Shown: piece by piece, positions 58,750 to 64,000 of the stretch
Layout of the letters: each line of letters begins with the position of its first letter
Numbering within the stretch: position 1 is the stretch's first letter
NCBI GenBank assembly: GCA_963847035.1
Contig: CAWJYH010000025.1
Span: forward strand, 1,190-65,189
Direction: 5' to 3'
Length of the DNA stretch: 64,000 nt
From: an uncultured delta proteobacterium
Lineage (GTDB): Bacteria; Desulfobacterota; Desulfobulbia; Desulfobulbales; Desulfocapsaceae
Translations under genes and position numbers: made by a program
The notes under the pieces: generated by a model
The model's input: the letters and a program-made list of their open reading frames with translations, nothing else
Databases searched by the model: none
Told to the model about the DNA's origin: nothing

Positions 58750-59951
58750 TCAGTCTCGCCGGCCGCGACATCATGCACTCGCTGGGCAAGTTCGTCTTCA
58801 CCGGCATGGGCCTGGGACTGCTGATCGGGATCACCCTGTCGATGGCCGGCATCTACCGCGGACTGGTCGATGACGGCAAGGCCCTGCTCGAAAACAGCGG
58901 CGCCGACCTGTGGGTGGTGCAACGGGACACCCTCGGCCCGTATGCCGAATCGTCGAGCATCTACGACGATGTCTGGCGGAGCATCCGCGGCCTGCCGGGA
59001 GTCGCGCGGGCGGCCAATGCCACCTATTTCACGATGCAGGTGCGGCAGGGCGACCGGGACGTCCGGGCGATGGTCGCCGGCATCACCGCCGGCGCCCCGG
59101 GAACTCCGGGCTGGCCGCCCTATCTCGTTGCCGGCCGCCAGATCACCCGGGGCCATTACGAGGCGGTGGCCGACGTCGCCACCGGGTTTGCACTCGGTGA
59201 CCGCCTCCGGATCCGCCGCAATCTCTACACCGTCGTCGGCCTGACCCGGCGGATGGTCTCCTCCGGCGGCGATCCGATGGTCTTCATCCCCCTCAAGGAT
59301 GCCCAGGAGGCCCAGTTTCTCAAGGATAACGACGCCATCCGGCAGCAGCGCGAGCGCACCGCCGCAAATCCGGCGTTCAATCGGCCCCAGGTGCCGGGGC
59401 TCCTCGAGGCCGTCATCGCCTCGCAAAGCACCAACCTCTACGTCAACGCGGTCCTGGTGCAGATGAAACCAGGATATGAGGTGGAGGAAATGGCGCAGGC
59501 GATCCGCCGCTGGAAACGGCTGACGGTCTATACCCGCAGTCAGATGGAAGAGATCCTCGTCGGCAAGATGATCGCCACCTCGGCCAGGCAGATCTTCATG
59601 TTCCTGGTGATCCTGTCGCTGGTCAGCGCCGCCATCGTCGCCTTCATCATCTATACCCTGACGCTGGGCAAGATTCGCGAGATCGCGGTGTTGAAACTGA
59701 TCGGCACCAAGAACCGCACCATCGTCGGCCTGATCATGCAACAGGCCGTCGCCCTGGGGGCGATCGGCTTCATGGTCGGCAAGATCACCGCCACCCTGGT
59801 GATGGCGCCGATCTTTCCCAAATACGTCCTGCTGCAGCCGCTCGACTCGGTCATCGGCTTCGGCGCCGTCATGGTGATCTGCATGCTGTCGAGCATCGTC
59901 TCCATCCGCGCCGCGATGAAGGTCGATCCGGCCGAGGCCATTGGAGGTTGA
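58746..59951 (+). CDS. ABC transporter permease, FtsX/MacB-like (4 TM with large periplasmic domain)
   Basis: Intact 401-aa ORF. N-terminal TM, a periplasmic domain of about 230 aa, and a C-terminal FtsX domain (REIAVLKLIGTKNRTIVGLIMQQA...). Confidence 0.85.
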   Translation: MISLAGRDIMHSLGKFVFTGMGLGLLIGITLSMAGIYRGLVDDGKALLENSGADLWVVQRDTLGPYAESSSIYDDVWRSIRGLPGVARAANATYFTMQVRQGDRDVRAMVAGITAGAPGTPGWPPYLVAGRQITRGHYEAVADVATGFALGDRLRIRRNLYTVVGLTRRMVSSGGDPMVFIPLKDAQEAQFLKDNDAIRQQRERTAANPAFNRPQVPGLLEAVIASQSTNLYVNAVLVQMKPGYEVEEMAQAIRRWKRLTVYTRSQMEEILVGKMIATSARQIFMFLVILSLVSAAIVAFIIYTLTLGKIREIAVLKLIGTKNRTIVGLIMQQAVALGAIGFMVGKITATLVMAPIFPKYVLLQPLDSVIGFGAVMVICMLSSIVSIRAAMKVDPAEAIGG

Positions 59952-59952
59952 C

Positions 59953-60664
59953 ATGGATGGCAAAGGGATTCGCATCGAAGGCTTGAAAAAACGCTACGGC
60001 AGCGGCGATACCGCCGTCGATGCCTTGAAGGGCGTGGATATGGAGGTGGCCCCGGGCGAGGTGGTCGGCCTGGTCGGGCCTTCAGGGTCCGGCAAGAGCA
60101 CCCTGCTCAAATGCCTGGGCGCGATCATCGAACCGACCGCCGGGCGGATGACCCTCGGCGATGAGATTATTTATGATGACGGCTGGAAGGTCAAGGACCT
60201 GCGCGCCCTGCGGCGCGATAAAATCGGCTTTATATTCCAGGCCCCGTATCTCATCCCGTTCCTTGATGTCACCGACAACGTCGCCCTGCTGCCGATGCTC
60301 GCCGGCAGACCCAACCCCGAGGCGCGGCGGCATGGCGATCGAGCTGTTCAAGGCGCTCGAGGTCGAGCATCGCGCCAGGGCCATGCCGTCACAGCTCTCC
60401 GGCGGGGAACAGCAGCGGGTGGCCATTGCCCGGGGCCTGGTCAACCGTCCGCCGGTGATCCTCGCCGATGAACCGACCGCCCCGCTCGACAGCGAACGCG
60501 CCCTGGCGGTGATCCGGATCCTGAACGATATGGCGCAGCAATTCGAAACGGCGATCATCGTCGTCACCCACGACGAAAAGATCATCCCGACGTTCAAGCG
60601 CATCTATCACATCCGCGATGGGGTGACCTACGAGGAAGCCGGCGAAGGGCGGGTCCTCGCATAA
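59953..60664 (+). pseudogene. ABC transporter ATP-binding protein (MacB/LolD-like), needs a +1 correction near 60334
   Basis: MDGKGIRIEGLKKRYG...GPSGSGKSTLL...PNPEARRH | AIELFKALEVEHRARAMPSQLSGGEQQRVAIARGL...ILADEPTAPLD...VVTHD. Length 712 nt = 3n+1. Confidence 0.8.
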
Positions 60665-60713
60665 GGGGCGAGCGATTGCGAATACATGGGCGCTCAACCG
60701 ATGGCGGGGGCGT

Positions 60714-61739
60714 TCAGGCGAGCTTGTATTTTTCTCGCAGCATGTGCGAGAGGTCGTTCACCAGCGTAAAGGCGTTTGCCACCGTTTTCCCCCGATCCGG
60801 GTTGACGAGGCAGCATGTCGCCGGCGACAGCAGACTGCGGTGCAGGATCAGGTCGAGATCGATCCCGTTCTTGCCGAGATGCTGCCATATCCCCTCCAGC
60901 TTCATCGCGAGAAACCCGAGACTTTCCTTGGCAAACACCTCATAACCGGTCGGGACGATACCCCAGACCAGGACCCCGCCGCGGTCAAGAAATTTTTTGA
61001 TCGAGCCGGTGCCTAAGGCAAAGATCTCGGCATTGGTGTAGATATCGAGCGACAGGATATCGAGATCGAGATTGAGCATGAAATCCCAGTCAGGATTGCC
61101 GCAGAGATGAATCCCCCGCGGGCCGTCGACCGTCGCCAGAAAGGCATCGAGATCGGTTTTCGCCTTCTGGTCGCCGTAACCGGACATCGCCGAAAAGATG
61201 AACTGCATCCCCGGTTCATCGATGAACATGAAGGCATTGGCATTGCGTTCCTGCAGTCGGGCCAGTTGGACATTGATCCTTTTGGCCATGAACTCGAACA
61301 TGAATGGCCGGATGGTGTCATCGAACAGGATGGGGCGATCGTCCTGGTCGAGGATGTTGAAGCCGAAACTGATCGGCCCTTCGAGCTGGCCGCGGATTGC
61401 CGGCCGGTCGGCGAGATCCCTGGAAAGGAAATCGTGGTAGACGACCGAGTACTGCTCGCTGATATCGAAGTAGGCCGGATCGTCGAACCGGCTCATGGTC
61501 TCTTCGAATTCGTCGATAAATTTCGGCAGCGAGAAGCGCAGGGTCTTTTTTTCCACATCCAGCAGGATACCGGGAAAATGCTCTGCCGCCTGGACGTACA
61601 TGTCTTCGTAATAGTTGTAGTTCGGCAACTGCGGCCAGAACGGGACATCCAGGGTCAGGGCGAGATCAAGGGCCTGCTGGACATCGGTCTGGGGCATGAC
61701 GGCCATGGCTGTGGTCAGAAGGTTTCCGGGGATCGGCAT
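60714..61739 (-). CDS. URO-D/cobalamin-independent-methionine-synthase (CIMS)-like protein, function unknown
   Basis: 341 aa, start at MPIPGNLL (61739, GGAGAA RBS). IHLCGN and SPATCCLVNPD resemble the His-x-Cys and Cys zinc-ligand blocks of MetE-type methyltransferases. The assignment is tentative. Confidence 0.55.
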   Translation of the reverse strand: MPIPGNLLTTAMAVMPQTDVQQALDLALTLDVPFWPQLPNYNYYEDMYVQAAEHFPGILLDVEKKTLRFSLPKFIDEFEETMSRFDDPAYFDISEQYSVVYHDFLSRDLADRPAIRGQLEGPISFGFNILDQDDRPILFDDTIRPFMFEFMAKRINVQLARLQERNANAFMFIDEPGMQFIFSAMSGYGDQKAKTDLDAFLATVDGPRGIHLCGNPDWDFMLNLDLDILSLDIYTNAEIFALGTGSIKKFLDRGGVLVWGIVPTGYEVFAKESLGFLAMKLEGIWQHLGKNGIDLDLILHRSLLSPATCCLVNPDRGKTVANAFTLVNDLSHMLREKYKLA

Positions 61740-62084
61740 GGGTTGTTTCTCCTGTGAATGGTGCGGACAGCGGTATCGGTCGGCTTGTGACGCGGCGATT
61801 CCGGGCGATGGGTTGATGGGATGTGGCTTTTCCCAACCCCACGATACCATTTTCACGAGCAGGGAGAAACGGGATCTTTCCATTGACCGTGCCTCCAGGG
61901 GGACGCGGTCGATCTCAGGCCCGGGCTCCGGGAAAACCGCATCCTGTTCTGCCGGCGTCACCGTTGCAACGCCGAGACAGCCGGAGTTTGCATAAGGCAT
62001 TTACCCGGAGGAGGGCGATGAACGCGAAGCCGCCGCCTTTCCCCGGACAACTGAACCACGACAACCAGGAAATCGATATCCGCG

Positions 62085-63338
62085 ATGAACACGTATCTTG
62101 TTGTTATTGTCTCCATTCTCCTGTTGAGCTACCTGCTTCAGCTGGCGGCGGCCGTGCTCAACCTGCGCGCCCTCAGCCCCGAGCTGCCGGCTGAATTCGT
62201 TCATGTCTACGACGCCGACGCCTATACCCGCTCCCAGCACTACACCCGGGCAACGACAGTCTTCTCGCTGACTCGGGCGACGATAGTCCTGGTCGTGACA
62301 TTGACCTTTATTGTCGCCGGCGGATTCAACCTGATCGATGGCGTGGCCCGCGGTTTCGGATTGTCCGTTATCCCCACCGGGCTGATTTTCCTGGGCCTGC
62401 TGGCCCTCCTCCAGGCCTTGCTGCACCTGCCTTTTGCCGTCTACGCCACCTTCGGCATCGAGCAGCGCTTCGGCTTCAACACCACGACTGTGGCCACCTT
62501 TATCGCTGACGGCCTCAAGGCCGCACTGCTCGCAGTCGTGCTCGGCGGCCCGCTGCTGGCCGGCATCCTCTGGTTGTTCGAGACCAGCGGCCCGCTTGCC
62601 TGGCTCTATTGCTGGATCGCGGCGGTGGTCTTCATCCTGGTGGTCCAATTCCTTTCCCCGGTGCTGATCATGCCGCTGTTCAACCGGTTTACGCCGCTGG
62701 CCGAAGGTGAGCTCAAAGAGGCCATCACCGGTTATGCGGCCGGGCAGCGGTTTGCCCTGCAGGGGATTTACACCATGGACGGCTCCAGGCGCTCCACCCG
62801 CGCCAACGCCTTCTTTACCGGCTTTGGCCGTTTCCGCCGGATCGTCTTTTTCGATACCCTGATGCATCAACTGACCACCGCGGAAATTGTCGCCGTTCTC
62901 GCCCATGAGATGGGGCATTATCGGCTCAGGCATATCCTCAGCATGATGGCGCTCTCGATCCTGCAGACCGGTCTGATGTTCTTCCTGCTCTCTTTTTTCC
63001 TTGATAATCCGGGACTGTTCGCCGCCTTCGGGATGGAACATATCTCCGTCCATGCCGGGCTGGTGTTCTTCGGTTTCCTGTATGCCCCGATATCGACGTT
63101 CTTCGGTATCGGAATGAATGCCTTTTCCCGGCATAACGAATACCAGGCCGACCGTTTTGCCGCCCGGACCGGTGCCGGTGGCGAGGCCTTGATCAGCGGT
63201 CTGAAAAAACTGAGCGTCAGCAACCTCGCCAACCTCACCCCCCACCCGTTCCACGTCTTTGTCCATTACAGCCATCCGCCGATCCTGGCGCGGATCGCCG
63301 CTCTCCGCAAAGTGAGCGGCGGCCGCCGGGAGCTCTGA
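62085..63338 (+). CDS. M48-family zinc metallopeptidase (Ste24/HtpX-like)
   Basis: Polytopic N-terminus, VLAHEMGHYRLRH (HExxH), and downstream NEYQADRFA and HPP blocks as in Ste24-type proteases. Confidence 0.9.
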   Translation: MNTYLVVIVSILLLSYLLQLAAAVLNLRALSPELPAEFVHVYDADAYTRSQHYTRATTVFSLTRATIVLVVTLTFIVAGGFNLIDGVARGFGLSVIPTGLIFLGLLALLQALLHLPFAVYATFGIEQRFGFNTTTVATFIADGLKAALLAVVLGGPLLAGILWLFETSGPLAWLYCWIAAVVFILVVQFLSPVLIMPLFNRFTPLAEGELKEAITGYAAGQRFALQGIYTMDGSRRSTRANAFFTGFGRFRRIVFFDTLMHQLTTAEIVAVLAHEMGHYRLRHILSMMALSILQTGLMFFLLSFFLDNPGLFAAFGMEHISVHAGLVFFGFLYAPISTFFGIGMNAFSRHNEYQADRFAARTGAGGEALISGLKKLSVSNLANLTPHPFHVFVHYSHPPILARIAALRKVSGGRREL

Positions 63339-63436
63339 TTGTATGGCACGTATGCTGCGGTCGACTTGATCAGAAAACGAGTCGGCCTCTCTCATGGCAA
63401 GCACGGTCTGTCTGCGAGTTGCCCTAACACTCGCAG

Positions 63437-64000
63437 TCATCCCAGGACATCAAGCGGACTCGCCACTGGATTGCGCATATCCTTGATGACATGGGTGTAG
63501 ATCATTGTCGTTTCAACCTTCGCATGTCCGAGAAGATCCTGAATTTGCCTGATATCGATGCCATTGAGCAGAAGATGGGTGGCAAAGGAATGGCGCAGGG
63601 TATGGACCGAAGCGTGTTTTTGTATGCCGGCCCGGTTGATAGCCAGCTTCATCGCCCTCTGGACGACTGAATCGCTGACATGGTGCCGCCGGATGGTGCC
63701 GCTCTCCGGATCGATGGATCGGCTTGCGGATGGAAAAACATACTGCCATGCCTTTTCCTTCGGGGCTCCGGGATACTTCCTGGCAAGTGCATCAGGCAAC
63801 CAGACCGATCCAAAGCCCTCGGCAAGATCCTGGACGTGCAAATCAATCACCCGTGCGATATGGGCCTTTAACTCCACGGTCAGGGAGGCAGGGAGCAGGG
63901 TGGTCCGGTCCTTGCCTCCCTTGCCGTCCCGAACATTGATGAGCTGTTGATCAAAATCGATATCTTTGATCCGCAAACGACAACCCTCGTTGACTCGAAG
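63437..64000 (-). CDS. intI: Integron integrase IntI (tyrosine recombinase), 5' end beyond the window
   Basis: [28 protein letters not shown] (catalytic Tyr), and the IntI-specific insertion [41 protein letters not shown] (IntI1: [40 protein letters not shown]). The ORF is open to the window edge. Confidence 0.85.
   Translation of the reverse strand, partial: LRVNEGCRLRIKDIDFDQQLINVRDGKGGKDRTTLLPASLTVELKAHIARVIDLHVQDLAEGFGSVWLPDALARKYPGAPKEKAWQYVFPSASRSIDPESGTIRRHHVSDSVVQRAMKLAINRAGIQKHASVHTLRHSFATHLLLNGIDIRQIQDLLGHAKVETTMIYTHVIKDMRNPVASPLDVLG

Noticed and set aside
63412-63436. A hairpin CTGCGAGT-tgccctaac-ACTCGCAG right after the intI stop, whose loop contains GCCCTAAC, reminiscent of the attC inverse core RYYYAAC.
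   Set aside because: It is only an 8-bp stem with no matching GTTRRRY core or extrahelical-base structure. It lies at the 3' end of intI, whereas cassettes are expected at the 5' side. It is more simply a transcript-end hairpin between convergent genes.

Overview
High-GC bacterial chromosomal window. Gene content suggests a Desulfobacterota/Geobacter-like anaerobe, but that is inference only: pentahaem NrfA, selenocysteine usage, a ydaO-type riboswitch and metX-metW-metY direct sulfhydrylation. Most of it is ordinary housekeeping and stress genes:
- K+ uptake (trkH-trkA)
- nrfA, mscL and a cytoplasmic molybdopterin oxidoreductase with a divergent GlxA/AraC regulator
- a DD-carboxypeptidase, an OYE flavoenzyme, a Lon-like protease and a rhomboid
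- exported MsrAB downstream of an OmpR/HK pair
- aspartokinase and a metY-metX-metW-cysE-cysK-lysR block
- glgP, tRNA-Cys, rnc and a radical-SAM gene
- a TetR/MFP/FtsX/ABC efflux operon, an M48 peptidase, and a 5'-truncated integron integrase at the right edge

Points the ORF track does not explain:
1. A CoADR/Nox-family flavoprotein is split by one in-frame TGA at the catalytic-Cys position, with a SECIS-like hairpin just downstream. I read it as a selenoprotein. Next to it is a rhodanese(Cys->Asp)-YceI fusion.
2. A c-di-AMP (ydaO-type) riboswitch plus an intrinsic terminator lies in the trkH leader.
3. The efflux operon needs four separate +1 corrections to be read, while its near-consensus promoter and 28-bp palindromic operator are intact.
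4. A diverged tandem duplication of the msrAB 5' end together with a small lipoprotein gene.
5. A protein of about 88 aa that is about 42% histidine.
6. Small genes below the ORF-track cut-off in a lower-GC islet.

No rRNA genes or CRISPR arrays were seen. The many very long ORFs antisense to recognisable genes are high-GC shadow ORFs. I did not find a clear multi-gene novel system. The Sec-flavoprotein/rhodanese-YceI pair is the best candidate for new biology.
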